Assembly (NCBI GenBank): GCA_029227035.1
Contig: JAQXZD010000028.1
Span: forward strand, 79 to 64,078
DNA from: Lachnospiraceae bacterium
GTDB lineage: Bacteria > Bacillota > Clostridia > Lachnospirales > Lachnospiraceae
Length of the DNA stretch: 64,000 nt
Reading direction: 5' to 3'
In this document: piece by piece, positions 1 to 9,874 of the stretch
Position numbering within the stretch: the first letter of the stretch is position 1
How the letters are laid out: the number at the start of each line of letters is the position of its first letter
Translations under genes and position numbers: made by a program
The notes under the pieces: model-generated
What the model was told of the DNA's origin: nothing
Databases searched by the model: none
Seen by the model: the letters and a program-made list of their open reading frames with translations, nothing else

Positions 1-2
1 TG

Positions 3-248
3 ATGACAAGCTGTGATGGGAGCAGAGTAGTAGATATTGCAGCAAAAACAAATTTATCAAGACCGGCAGTATCTCATCATATGCAGATATTAAAAGAAGC
101 CGGAATTGTTACTTCAAGAAAAGAAGGGACACGGATTTATTATCTTTTAAATCCTGAATTTGACAGTATGCATAAGATGTCTGTCTTGTTTTCGCATATT
201 GAAACACTGATAAAATATGACCAAAATGAAGGAAAAAATAAAGAGTGA
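3..248 (+). CDS. ArsR/SmtB family transcriptional regulator (5' end probably outside the window)
   Basis: wHTH motif LSRPAVSHHMQILKEAGIV..RKEG..IYY. Confidence 0.85.
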   Translation: MTSCDGSRVVDIAAKTNLSRPAVSHHMQILKEAGIVTSRKEGTRIYYLLNPEFDSMHKMSVLFSHIETLIKYDQNEGKNKE

Positions 249-1339
249 ACAGAGGACAGAAGAAAAAAATAAAAATCATATTACTTATATTTGCAGTGAC
301 ATGTGTATTTATTGGTGCAGAATATTTATATAAAGTGCATCAGTTAGAGAAGTTGCGGCATATGTCATTTCAGCAAATGATAGAATATACAACTCTGGGG
401 GAAGGTGATGCAATGATTACAGTAGGAATCATAAAAGATGGGAAAGCAAGCTATACGGTATATGGGAAAGATGGCAGAATCCTTCCGCAGACAGAAGAAT
501 TATATGAGATAGGTTCTCTTACCAAAACATTTGATGGAGCATTGATTTGTAAGGCGGTAGAGGAAGGAAAAATACAGTTGGAGGATACAATAGACAAATA
601 TCTTGAATTGCCACAGAAAGACTATTATCCAACAATCAAAAATTTGGTGACTCATACATCCGGTTATAAATCTTTTTATTTGGAGAGCGAGATGATAAAA
701 AATCATTTAAGTGGAAGAAATGATATGTATGGCATCTCAAAAGAGAAATTATGGAACCGGATTAGCAAGACTAATTTAAAGGAGGAGGAGCATGCATTCT
801 GCTACTCCAATTTTGGAATGGCGGTGATAGGCATGGTGTTGGAAAATGTTTATGGACAGGATTATACCAAGCTGATGAACAGCTATGTGCAGGACGAACT
901 GAATTTAAAGCATACGAGTGTATCTACGGGAAAAGGTTATGGCAGAAATTTTTGGGACTGGAAGAGTGGGGATGCATATATGCCTGCAGGAGCAATGGTT
1001 TCCAATATTTCCGATATGTTAGCCTATGCGAAGATGCAGATGGATGAAACACCGGAGTATCTTGGGATCGGGCATCAGATCATAAAAGAGATAAATGTCA
1101 GTAATTATTTGTATACAAAGATGGGAATACACGCCGATCAAATAGGTGTGAACTGGATGTATGACAGAACCAATGAGGTTTACTGGCATAGTGGAGACAC
1201 TGCAAATTATAGCAGTTATCTTTGTTTTAATCCACAAAACGAGATTGCGGTTGTAATCTTGTCAAATCAAAAACCAAGTGATAAGACACCGGCAGCGGTA
1301 ATTGGAATTCAGTTATATCAGGAGATAACATCCCAGTGA
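245..1339 (+). CDS. Serine hydrolase, beta-lactamase class C/AmpH-like, N-terminal membrane anchor
   Basis: SxxK (IGSLTK), LVTHTSG, YSN, HSG motifs; hydrophobic N-terminus. Confidence 0.88.
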   Translation: MNRGQKKKIKIILLIFAVTCVFIGAEYLYKVHQLEKLRHMSFQQMIEYTTLGEGDAMITVGIIKDGKASYTVYGKDGRILPQTEELYEIGSLTKTFDGALICKAVEEGKIQLEDTIDKYLELPQKDYYPTIKNLVTHTSGYKSFYLESEMIKNHLSGRNDMYGISKEKLWNRISKTNLKEEEHAFCYSNFGMAVIGMVLENVYGQDYTKLMNSYVQDELNLKHTSVSTGKGYGRNFWDWKSGDAYMPAGAMVSNISDMLAYAKMQMDETPEYLGIGHQIIKEINVSNYLYTKMGIHADQIGVNWMYDRTNEVYWHSGDTANYSSYLCFNPQNEIAVVILSNQKPSDKTPAAVIGIQLYQEITSQ

Positions 1340-1380
1340 ATTTAAATTAATTTGATAGATCATTTGGTAATGACAGTGTA

Positions 1381-1410
1381 TTGACAAAAAAGTGGACTGA
1401 GTATTATGAT
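1381..1410 (+). promoter_or_regulatory. Putative sigma-A promoter of the toxin-antitoxin locus
   Basis: TTGACA at 1381 and TATGAT at 1405. Confidence 0.5.
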
Positions 1411-1435
1411 TAAAGAAAAAGGAGGAACGTATTTT

Positions 1436-1744
1436 ATGGAAAAAAATTTAAATGTTGCGGTTGCACCTAAGGATTCTACTTTTCAGGTGAGAATAAACTC
1501 AGAGATAAAAAAAGCTGTTGAAGATATATATGCAAAATCTGGTATGACATTAACGGATGCTTTTAATACATTTATTCAACAATCAATTAATGTTGAAGGA
1601 TTACCGTTTATTGTAACAAAAAATAGCAAAGAGGCATTAAAAGAGCAGGCTTTAGCAAAGTTGATGATTGATTTGAAAAGGGCAGAAGCAGAAGGGTGGA
1701 TTGATGCAGAGGATTTGGAGCGTGAACTGGGGGTACTGGATTGA
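1436..1744 (+). CDS. RelB/DinJ family type II antitoxin
   Basis: FQVRINSEIKKAVEDIY...G.TLTDAFNTFIQQSINVEGLPF RHH signature; RBS GGAGG before ATG 1436. Confidence 0.85.
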   Translation: MEKNLNVAVAPKDSTFQVRINSEIKKAVEDIYAKSGMTLTDAFNTFIQQSINVEGLPFIVTKNSKEALKEQALAKLMIDLKRAEAEGWIDAEDLERELGVLD

Positions 1745-1806
1745 AAAAGTTAAAATATTCTCCAGATACTACAATGCAAGAAACTATTGATTATTGGAAT
1801 GAATAG
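1741..1806 (+). pseudogene. Internally deleted RelE/ParE toxin remnant (MKKLKYSPDTTMQETIDYWNE)
   Basis: TTG start overlaps the antitoxin stop (TTGA); the peptide reads like a ParE N-terminus joined to a C-terminal tail. Confidence 0.6.
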
Positions 1807-1899
1807 GACATTTGTCCTTACTATATTGAATTACAATAGAAGGTGAAAAGTATTGCAATATTTTTTGGAACAAAAAAGAAACAGCGGGGGAGACAAACG

Positions 1900-2400
1900 G
1901 TGAATAGTGAGTTAAGAATAGAAGAGTTAACGCAAGATAGGGTGGAGATATTTACTAAAATTAAAGCTGACGCATATGCGGATGACAGAACAAAGGTCAG
2001 CTTTGACGATTGTGAAAAGCCTGCCTGGTTTGATGGAGACTGGTATGTCGGATTAGGCATATATAATTTAGAGGAAACGAAGAATCTGATGCAGCAGTTT
2101 TCTTGCTATTTGATTTATAAAGGAGAGGAACCGATAGGCATTTTCTGGGTTCATGTTGAAGAAGAAAACTCATTGACTTTGGAAGATTTTTGCATTCATC
2201 CTAAGTATCAGGGAAAAGGATATGGAACAGAATCATTGCAACTTATTGAGAGCTATTTCGATAATCGACGCTGGTTACTGACAACTCCGATATTTTGTAA
2301 AAGAAATCGTCACTTATATGAAAAGAACGGATATAAAAAAATCGGCTATGTTTCCGATGGAACAGTAATTGTTTATGAAAAACTTTTAGCCGAAAAGTAA
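1900..2400 (+). CDS. GNAT family N-acetyltransferase
   Basis: Motif A FCIHPKYQGKGYG and N..LYEKNGY; GTG 1900 after GGGGGAG. Confidence 0.85.
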   Translation: MNSELRIEELTQDRVEIFTKIKADAYADDRTKVSFDDCEKPAWFDGDWYVGLGIYNLEETKNLMQQFSCYLIYKGEEPIGIFWVHVEEENSLTLEDFCIHPKYQGKGYGTESLQLIESYFDNRRWLLTTPIFCKRNRHLYEKNGYKKIGYVSDGTVIVYEKLLAEK

Positions 2401-2411
2401 ATCAGAGGAGA

Positions 2412-3638
2412 ATGAAAATGGGCAGAAAATCAAAAGCAAGGCGGGCGATTCTGGTAATAGCAATCATATCTATGTTAATCATACAGATTGAGCCTGCATA
2501 TGCAAAGAGTACAGATGACAAACTGACCGTAAGCCTCAATATCACGAAGTATACGGCGTATATCAACCGGAAATGTGAACCGTGCATTACGATATCCGGA
2601 AGATATTCAACGGAAGCTGGGAAGAAACAATATGATAAGATGATGCAGAAAGTCATCTGGAAGACGAGTGATCCTACGGTTGTCCGATTTGTAAATGAAA
2701 CTTATGTAAATGAAGAATATTATCTTACGGATACCTATGAAGGGATAGGTCCGACTCTTATGGGAGTGAAAGAAGGAAAAGCAAAGATTACAGCAACCTT
2801 TAAGAATTCTTCCAAGATTGTTAGCTGTGAGATTACCGTTAAAAATGCAGAACTTACCTGTGAAGATGATGTATTTTATACGGGGAATACCTATCCGTTC
2901 TCTTTAAAAGGAAATGCTACTCCGGTAAAATACGCGAGTGAAGATACCGGGATTGCAAGTATCAATGAAACAACAGGAGAGCTCAAAACGAAAAAGAGTG
3001 GAACGACCACAATTACATGTCTTGCAGAGGACGGACAGACTTACAGTAAAAAAATAAAAGTACAAAAGGCAGGTCTGAACTACAAAAAAATAACAAGTTA
3101 TTATTTTACCGGTTTCCGGAAAGGCAAGTATTCCACATTTCCTATTGTTGCAAAAGGAATTGATGTAAAGAGCTGGAAGAGTTCGAACAACAAAGTGGTA
3201 AAAATAAAGAAAAAAGCCAACATTGGAGTTCTGGAAATTCACGGAACCGGAAAATGTACCGTAACCTGTACCGCCAAAAACGGCAAAACGTATAAATGTG
3301 CCGTGACGATTGTCGGAGGCAAACCATGGAGCGGATTATCCAACGGGTATGCACCGGATATATCAGAAGTGAAGAAGCATGGATACTATAATGACATCAA
3401 TAAGATTCAGGATTATGGGAACGTAGTATTCTATATTGTTGATTATGGAAAGAAAATCGATTACAAAAACGGGAATAAAAAGCGTGACATCGAAGAAGCC
3501 GAAAAAGAGGCAATGAAAATCCTGCAAAATCGTTATCCGGGTAAGGATGTCTATAGTGCGGTTAGTGGGGATTTGCTTGGATTCCATTCCGGGAAAAATT
3601 ACGGAAGGCTCTGGTGCGGCTGTTATTATGTGAAGTAG
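2412..3638 (+). CDS. Secreted protein with bacterial Ig-like (Big_2) repeats
   Basis: Signal peptide (..PAYA); repeated W.SS..VV / G...ITC.A..G motifs; Lys-rich. Confidence 0.75.
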   Translation: MKMGRKSKARRAILVIAIISMLIIQIEPAYAKSTDDKLTVSLNITKYTAYINRKCEPCITISGRYSTEAGKKQYDKMMQKVIWKTSDPTVVRFVNETYVNEEYYLTDTYEGIGPTLMGVKEGKAKITATFKNSSKIVSCEITVKNAELTCEDDVFYTGNTYPFSLKGNATPVKYASEDTGIASINETTGELKTKKSGTTTITCLAEDGQTYSKKIKVQKAGLNYKKITSYYFTGFRKGKYSTFPIVAKGIDVKSWKSSNNKVVKIKKKANIGVLEIHGTGKCTVTCTAKNGKTYKCAVTIVGGKPWSGLSNGYAPDISEVKKHGYYNDINKIQDYGNVVFYIVDYGKKIDYKNGNKKRDIEEAEKEAMKILQNRYPGKDVYSAVSGDLLGFHSGKNYGRLWCGCYYVK

Positions 3639-3653
3639 GGAGGCAGAAAGACA

Positions 3654-4193
3654 ATGAGTAAAATAATTATTCTGGTTGGAAGTATACGCAAAGGTGGAAA
3701 CACGGATCTGCTTGCGCAGGCATTTAAGGAAGGCGCAGAGAAGAATAATGAGGTAGAAATCATCTCGGTTGCAGATTATAATGTGAATCCCTGTATAGGA
3801 TGCAATGCCTGCTTTACAAGTGAAGGGAATCGATGCTGTCAGGATGATGACATGAAGATTATTTACGAAAAATTGGCATCAGCGGATTTTTTGGTTGTGG
3901 CATCACCGGTTTATTTTTACGGAATCAGCGCAAAGCTGAAGGCAATGGTTGACCGTTTACATACTCCGCTGCGGGATAGTTTCAAGATAAAGAAACTTGC
4001 CTTATTGTTGGTAGGAGCTGCATCTTTGCCGGAATTGTTTGATGCAATCAAAGTACAGTATCAGCTCATACTTAACTTTTTCCATTTGGAAGATGCAGGC
4101 ATGGTTCTGGTACGCAGCGTCAAAGATAAAGGGGACATTAAAAATACAAAGGCATTGGAAGAAGCCTATCAACTGGGCTTATCGATGAAATAA
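3654..4193 (+). CDS. Flavodoxin-like / iron-sulfur flavoprotein (NADPH-dependent FMN reductase family)
   Basis: GSIRKGGNT, CIGCNAC..C, ASPVYF motifs. Confidence 0.88.
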   Translation: MSKIIILVGSIRKGGNTDLLAQAFKEGAEKNNEVEIISVADYNVNPCIGCNACFTSEGNRCCQDDDMKIIYEKLASADFLVVASPVYFYGISAKLKAMVDRLHTPLRDSFKIKKLALLLVGAASLPELFDAIKVQYQLILNFFHLEDAGMVLVRSVKDKGDIKNTKALEEAYQLGLSMK

Positions 4194-4209
4194 AAGATGA
4201 TTAAGAGAT

Positions 4210-4244
4210 GATATCCGACTATGAATTCCACATAGCCGGATATC
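4210..4244. terminator. Hairpin between convergent genes (likely bidirectional terminator)
   Basis: GATATCCGACTATG...CATAGCCGGATATC inverted repeat. Confidence 0.55.
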
Positions 4245-4251
4245 GTTGATT

Positions 4252-4536
4252 TTACAGTAGTTTTGGCGCAATCATCAGTCCAAACACCGCAAGTCCGCAA
4301 AGGGTATACAGGCTATTGATGACCAGATTGAATTTCATAAGACCATTTTGCGTCTTTCCCTTCACATAAGCGATAATTGTAAAAATTCCGCTAAAGATCA
4401 TAAACGCTGCATAACAGGAGATCATAATCTCGGCAGTCGGGGATTCAAGAGCCCAGTCCTGTGTTCGGAGAGGAAGAATTGTCCATGGTACAAAAAGCAT
4501 GATGGTGCAGATAGTTGTTAATATTTTATTTTTCAT
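4252..4536 (-). CDS. Small three-TM membrane protein, last gene of the ABC operon
   Basis: Hydrophobic 94-aa ORF with RBS AAAGGA. Confidence 0.7.
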   Translation of the reverse strand: MKNKILTTICTIMLFVPWTILPLRTQDWALESPTAEIMISCYAAFMIFSGIFTIIAYVKGKTQNGLMKFNLVINSLYTLCGLAVFGLMIAPKLL

Positions 4537-4560
4537 AGTAAGATTCCTTTCTTTTTCAAA

Positions 4561-5331
4561 TTAATTTTTTTCATTATGCCCAAAACGCAGGCAGGAAACA
4601 GATAAACAGAGGATGGTAAATCCGATTGCAAATGGAAGCCACGGCAGAGGCGTAATCTGTTTAACAGGTAAGTTTGCCGCAAGTCTACTGTACTCTGATG
4701 TAATTACATAAAATGGATATGCCATCGGATAGGTAAACCATACTTTGGTATTTATCATTAAAACGGAAGGTACAATGGAGGCTAAGCCAATGCCGATTGA
4801 AAAAATCGGCGTCCGGATACATACGGACAGCAACCAGAAAAATGCTATCATAGGGACTGCGGACAAAAGCAGGTAGCATGCCTCCTTACAGACAAAAAGT
4901 GGAGACAACATAAGATGATAGTTTTGTGTATGGGATGCAGTGGCGGCACACACATAGTAGACTCCGACGTTTATTACAATCAGGAATGCTGCAAGGGATA
5001 AGAGAACAATAAATTTTGCCAGGCATAATTGTGCTTTGTTCACAGGCAGGGAAAGCATTTTTAGAATTCCCCCATTGCTCCGTTCGGTCTGGTTCAGTAA
5101 AACGGTGCCTACAATCATAATGGCAGGGAACATGAACCAGGACATTCCCATGAATCCCTGCACCAGAAAATTGTACTCCGGTGCAATTCCCTCCGCCTGC
5201 ATTTGAAAATTCAAATCGGCATTGAGAACGGATGGTATCCACAAAATAATTGTCGCAATCAAAAATATCCACAATATTTTTGATCGGCGTATCTTTTTAA
5301 ACTCCACTTCAATTAACGAAATAAAATTCAT
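4561..5331 (-). CDS. ABC-2 permease, lantibiotic-immunity (LanE/LanG-like) type
   Basis: EFKKIRRSK N-terminus, E...G.LK.LSLP...LAK motif, about 6 TM. Confidence 0.8.
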   Translation of the reverse strand: MNFISLIEVEFKKIRRSKILWIFLIATIILWIPSVLNADLNFQMQAEGIAPEYNFLVQGFMGMSWFMFPAIMIVGTVLLNQTERSNGGILKMLSLPVNKAQLCLAKFIVLLSLAAFLIVINVGVYYVCAATASHTQNYHLMLSPLFVCKEACYLLLSAVPMIAFFWLLSVCIRTPIFSIGIGLASIVPSVLMINTKVWFTYPMAYPFYVITSEYSRLAANLPVKQITPLPWLPFAIGFTILCLSVSCLRFGHNEKN

Positions 5332-6023
5332 GCAAGTGTCCTCCTAACTTTTAAAATCGGTACTGCTGCCAGTGCAAGTACCAGGCTTTCAATGATACAT
5401 TCCGTTATTCCGGCTGTCATATGCAAGTGCATGACAAATGGAAACAGGGATAAAATGGAAGTTCCGGTCGGAATCATTGTTGCAAGTAAGATTGCAACAA
5501 CGCCGATTCCCAGTGAAACCCACATATTTTTAAATAATGCTGCAATCAAAAGAGCAGTTAATACTGCCGGAATCAGAAGTAACAGGGAATAGGCAATGTT
5601 TTCGAACAGCTCCGGTAAAAATCCGTTTTCCGGTGTAAACCAGTGGAAAGAGCAAAAGGCAAGCCCCACTGCTTCAATGGCAAGCATTCCGGCACACATA
5701 ATGACCAGAAGTAGAAACTTTTCAAAAAACAAGGTGCTGTCTTTGATCGGAAGTGTATATAATTTCTGAATTGCATGCTCCGCGTACTCCGTGTGATAGA
5801 GAATGCATGCTCCGGCAACAACCAGTAAAATGTTAAGCATTGCCATCATCTGCCAGTTTGCACCAAGAAGAATCTGTAAGGGGGAACCTTCCATTTTCAC
5901 AAAACTTTCCGACCGGGCAGCCATATTAACTACCGGAACAAGTGCTGCCAGTATACTTCCTCCGGCAAATGCCGGCCACAGTCCGGTTCTTTTCATTTTT
6001 TTCCATTCTAAATCAAAGTGCAT
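5328..6023 (-). CDS. ABC-2 permease, lantibiotic-immunity (LanE/LanG-like) type
   Basis: LEWKKMKRT N-terminus, EY....KLYTLP motif; RBS GGAGG. Confidence 0.8.
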   Translation of the reverse strand: MHFDLEWKKMKRTGLWPAFAGGSILAALVPVVNMAARSESFVKMEGSPLQILLGANWQMMAMLNILLVVAGACILYHTEYAEHAIQKLYTLPIKDSTLFFEKFLLLVIMCAGMLAIEAVGLAFCSFHWFTPENGFLPELFENIAYSLLLLIPAVLTALLIAALFKNMWVSLGIGVVAILLATMIPTGTSILSLFPFVMHLHMTAGITECIIESLVLALAAVPILKVRRTLA

Positions 6024-6024
6024 A

Positions 6025-6774
6025 TTATAGCCTCCGTTGTCTGTTATCTGCATCAATCAGTGCCAAAAACGTATCTTCAAGATTATCTGTCGGATATCCA
6101 TGGGAAGCAGCAGTTTCTTTTAATTCTTCGGGTGTTCCTTCGAATAACAGGTGTCCGTGATTCAGGATTCCGATATTATCTGCCATCAGTTCAATCTCTG
6201 CCAGCAGATGGGAAGATACCAGTACGGTACAGTCAAATTGTTGCGGCAGGGAACGGATAAGCGTTCTGATTTCATGGATTCCTACCGGATCCAGTCCGTT
6301 TGTCGGCTCATCGAGAATCAGAAGCGGCGGTTTTCCAATGAGTGCACCGGCAAGCCCCAGCCGCTGTTTCATACCCAGAGAATATTTTTTTGCCAGTTTG
6401 TCTTTGTGAGGGGTGAGCCCCACCAACTCAAGTGCCTCTGTAACAGAAGACTTTGGTAGTCCCAGAATCTTTCTTATAATATCAAGGTTTTCTTTTCCGG
6501 TGAGATTACCATAAAAGGCCGGTGCTTCGATAAAGGAACCGGTTTCTTTTAAAATCTCGGTTCTGTTTTCCGGATACTTTTTTCCATCAATGGTAAAAGT
6601 TCCATCCGTTGGTTTGGTCAGTCCGAGAAACATTTTCATTGTTGTCGATTTTCCTGCACCGTTGGGGCCTAAGAATCCGTAGACACTTCCCTTTGGAATG
6701 TGAAGATCAATTCCATCTACCGCTGTAAAATCGGAATATCTTTTTGTTAGTTTTTGAGTTTCAATCATGTTCAT
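6025..6774 (-). CDS. ABC transporter ATP-binding protein (LanF/BcrA-like)
   Basis: GPNGAGKST, YSLGMKQRL, LILDEPTNGLDP; start ATG 6774 after AAAGGAG. Confidence 0.92.
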   Translation of the reverse strand: MNMIETQKLTKRYSDFTAVDGIDLHIPKGSVYGFLGPNGAGKSTTMKMFLGLTKPTDGTFTIDGKKYPENRTEILKETGSFIEAPAFYGNLTGKENLDIIRKILGLPKSSVTEALELVGLTPHKDKLAKKYSLGMKQRLGLAGALIGKPPLLILDEPTNGLDPVGIHEIRTLIRSLPQQFDCTVLVSSHLLAEIELMADNIGILNHGHLLFEGTPEELKETAASHGYPTDNLEDTFLALIDADNRQRRL

Positions 6775-6842
6775 GTCGTATAGCTCCTTTCGTTTATATC
6801 TTGATTCTACGGGTTCAACCTTGCGACAACATTCTCTCCACC

Positions 6843-6861
6843 TTACATTTACTTTACATTT
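6843..6861 (-). promoter_or_regulatory. Direct-repeat operator, probably bound by the adjacent OmpR-family regulator
   Basis: TTACATTT twice at an 11-bp period upstream of the ABC operon. Confidence 0.55.
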
Positions 6862-6941
6862 GAAGAATCTGTCTGAAAAACCGAAAATATATGTTATGAT
6901 GTAATTGTTCATAAGACTGGTTTTAGAAAGAAGGATGATTT

Positions 6942-7646
6942 ATGAATGATGAATTTTTGAAACGGAAACGGATTCTGCTTGTAGATGATGAACAGGAGCT
7001 TTTAGATATGGTGGTGTCCATTCTGGAAACAGAGGGATTTTGCAATCTGGTCACGGCAAAGAGTGTAAAAGAAGCGTTGGAAGCAGTAGAACATGGCGCA
7101 CCGGAGCTTGCCGTCTTAGATGTCATGCTTCCGGACGGAGATGGCTTTTCCCTGATGGAAAGATTAAAAGAAAAAGGGGAATATCCGGTGCTGTTTCTTA
7201 CCGCGCGCGGCGAGGATGAGGATAAATTCCGGGGATTTGGGCTTGGCGCGGATGATTATATCGTAAAACCGTTTCTTCCAAAAGAATTGATTTTCCGGAT
7301 TCTTGCCATTTTGCGCAGAAGTTATAAGGATGAGAATCCGCTTGTCCGGTTAGCAGGGAGCGAGATTGATTTCGAGCGTGCGGAAGTTATTAAGGAGGGG
7401 GAACATCTTGCACTTACGGCAAAAGAATACGACATTTTGTCGGCTCTTTACCGTAATGCAGGACGTATTGTAACCATCGATTCTCTTTGTGAGGCAGCCT
7501 GGGGCGATAATCCATACGGATATGAGAATTCCCTGATGGCGCACATTCGCCGTATTCGGGAAAAAATCGAAGCCAATCCATCCCGTCCGGTTTCACTGAT
7601 TACCGTGAAAGGGCTTGGATACAAATTAATTGTAGAAAGGGTATGA
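6942..7646 (+). CDS. OmpR-family response regulator
   Basis: ILLVDDE, LDVMLP, GADDYIVKPF, ITVKGLGY. Confidence 0.95.
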   Translation: MNDEFLKRKRILLVDDEQELLDMVVSILETEGFCNLVTAKSVKEALEAVEHGAPELAVLDVMLPDGDGFSLMERLKEKGEYPVLFLTARGEDEDKFRGFGLGADDYIVKPFLPKELIFRILAILRRSYKDENPLVRLAGSEIDFERAEVIKEGEHLALTAKEYDILSALYRNAGRIVTIDSLCEAAWGDNPYGYENSLMAHIRRIREKIEANPSRPVSLITVKGLGYKLIVERV

Positions 7647-7653
7647 TTCCGGT

Positions 7654-9051
7654 ATGAAAAATATCTTGAAATTAACCAGACGTTTTGTCGGTGTTCTACT
7701 TCTCAGTTCCATTCTGGTGTTTGTTCTGAATCTGGCTGTGTTAGCAACGCTTACTTCCAAGTATGCACAAAACGGTCATCCTTGGGAAACCGCACAAAAA
7801 GCTGCAGAGAATATTAAAAACACAGAAAACGGGTATGTTCTGTCCGATGAAATCATGAAAATTTTGGAACAGGAACAGGCATGGGCGGTTTATATCGATA
7901 ACCGGACTCTGCAGGTGGTATGGAAAACAGACTCTCTTCCTGAGGGCGTTCCGCTCAGCTATTCGGCCTCTTCGATTGCAAATCTGACACGAGGCTATAT
8001 GGATGGATATCCTACTTTTACGGGAGAATCCGAAGATGGATTGATGGTACTGGGCTATCCGAAGGAAAGTTTCTGGAAGCTTATGTGGCCAAGCTGGGAT
8101 TATAACTTTATTGCAGGTTTCCCTAAAATTCTGCTTTGCGTTCTAGCAGTCAACATTACGCTTTTTTTCTTTATCTATATGATTGCAAATTCCAGATTGC
8201 TGAAATCTGTCCGGCCGATTACAAACGGGATTCAATCCCTGCCGACGGAGGAGCCGGTTCATGTAAAAGAAAAAGGGCTGCTCTCGGAACTTGCCGCCAG
8301 TATTAACCGGACTTCTGAAATTCTGCAGGAACAGAAAATGCAGATCCGAAAAAAGGAAACGGCGCGTGCGAACTGGATTGCAGGGGTATCGCATGATATC
8401 AGAACGCCTCTTTCCATGGTCATGGGGTATGCGGATCAGTTAAAAGAAGATGCCAGTCTGACGGAAGAAGAACGACGGAAAGCATCTGTTATTGTAAAAC
8501 AGAGTGAGAGGATGAAGAATCTGATCAATGACCTGAATCTGTCTTCAAAGTTGGAATACAACATGCAGCCGATTCACTCTTCGAAGGAAAATCTCGTGTC
8601 CATTGCAAGAACAGTGGTAGTGGATTTTATCAATATGGATATTGATGACAGGCATCCGATTGAATGGGAAACGGATAAAAGTATATCTGTCTGCATGATA
8701 AATGCGGACAAAGACCTCATCAAACGAGCCATAAGCAATCTGATTCAAAACAGCATTAACCATAACGAAAACGGCTGCCATATTTTTGTGAAGGTCACAA
8801 AAAGTGATAATGCCTGCAGTGTTGCCGTATCGGATGATGGGGTGGGCGTAACCGACGATGAACTCAAACAGTTGGAAAGCGCGCCTCACTATATGCTCTG
8901 TGATGAAAATACAACGGAGCAGCGTCACGGACTCGGCCTGCTTATCGTGAAGCAGATTGCCCTCTCACATGGGGGACAGACGATAATCAGCCGTGGTTCC
9001 CATGGTGGTTTTTCCGTGGAGTTGCGCCTTCCGCTTTCCGGTTTTCATTAA
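7654..9051 (+). CDS. Sensor histidine kinase
   Basis: SHDIRTPL H-box, NLIQNS, DDGVG, GLGL; two TM segments. Confidence 0.95.
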   Translation: MKNILKLTRRFVGVLLLSSILVFVLNLAVLATLTSKYAQNGHPWETAQKAAENIKNTENGYVLSDEIMKILEQEQAWAVYIDNRTLQVVWKTDSLPEGVPLSYSASSIANLTRGYMDGYPTFTGESEDGLMVLGYPKESFWKLMWPSWDYNFIAGFPKILLCVLAVNITLFFFIYMIANSRLLKSVRPITNGIQSLPTEEPVHVKEKGLLSELAASINRTSEILQEQKMQIRKKETARANWIAGVSHDIRTPLSMVMGYADQLKEDASLTEEERRKASVIVKQSERMKNLINDLNLSSKLEYNMQPIHSSKENLVSIARTVVVDFINMDIDDRHPIEWETDKSISVCMINADKDLIKRAISNLIQNSINHNENGCHIFVKVTKSDNACSVAVSDDGVGVTDDELKQLESAPHYMLCDENTTEQRHGLGLLIVKQIALSHGGQTIISRGSHGGFSVELRLPLSGFH

Positions 9052-9112
9052 CACGATAACCTCAGCAATTGAGGATGGTGCACAGGTGCTTGTAACAGTC
9101 ATTGAAACATAT

Positions 9113-9874
9113 TTATTTGACATCCTGTTGCATGCGGCAGCGCAGAGCCAGTACCGCCAAAAGATAGATGACAACGGCATAAATGCAGGTGACGGCAAGA
9201 GGGGCTCCGATTTGGGAGAAATTCCCCAGCACGGCCAGTCGAACGGTTTTGACACAGTGGTAAAACGGCAGTATTTTACAGATGTCAAGAAGGGTGCCGC
9301 CCAGTGCGTCTACATCCATCCAGATTCCGCCCAGCATACTGGCTGCTGTAATTAAAATCGAACAGATGCCGGGTGCCGCTTTTTCATTCAGTATGGTGCC
9401 AAACAACATGCCGAAGCTTAAAAACAGCAGGGCTGCAGGGATACTGAGGATAATACCAAGGACAACATTCCCGAGATGTAACGTATCCCCTGTAATGGCG
9501 GCTGTAATAAAGGCTGCAGCAAAGGTTATTATCGTCTGCAGCAATGCAATACCAAGGAGCGGCAGTGTGTATCCGGCCACAAAATCTCCCGGTTTCATCG
9601 GGGATGCATACAGGCGGATCAGAAAGGCTGTGGAACGGTCCTTGGAAACCTGCAGACAGGTAAACAGCATGATAAAAGTAAGTCCAAAGATTGTAATACC
9701 GGGAGCCAGATAAGGCAGATGAAAAATTTCCATGCCTGCTTCCGGCGGAAGGCTTCTATCGATTACAGTCATAATAATTAACATTAAAATCGGAAATCCC
9801 AAAGAAAATACAAAGGTGAGCGGATCTCGCAGAATTTCCTTTCCGGTTCGTTTGGCAAATACAATACTTCTCAT
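9113..9874 (-). CDS. ABC-2 type permease
   Basis: KEILRDP N-terminus, multiple TM segments. Confidence 0.85.
   Translation of the reverse strand: MRSIVFAKRTGKEILRDPLTFVFSLGFPILMLIIMTVIDRSLPPEAGMEIFHLPYLAPGITIFGLTFIMLFTCLQVSKDRSTAFLIRLYASPMKPGDFVAGYTLPLLGIALLQTIITFAAAFITAAITGDTLHLGNVVLGIILSIPAALLFLSFGMLFGTILNEKAAPGICSILITAASMLGGIWMDVDALGGTLLDICKILPFYHCVKTVRLAVLGNFSQIGAPLAVTCIYAVVIYLLAVLALRCRMQQDVK

Noticed and set aside
245-1339. Serine hydrolases (also 17935-19350) as true beta-lactamases
   Set aside because: The motifs identify only the broad penicillin-binding/serine hydrolase family; resistance function cannot be inferred from sequence.
245-4193. Co-oriented, AT-richer unrelated genes as integron cassettes
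   Set aside because: No shared attC-like repeat between the genes and no integrase.
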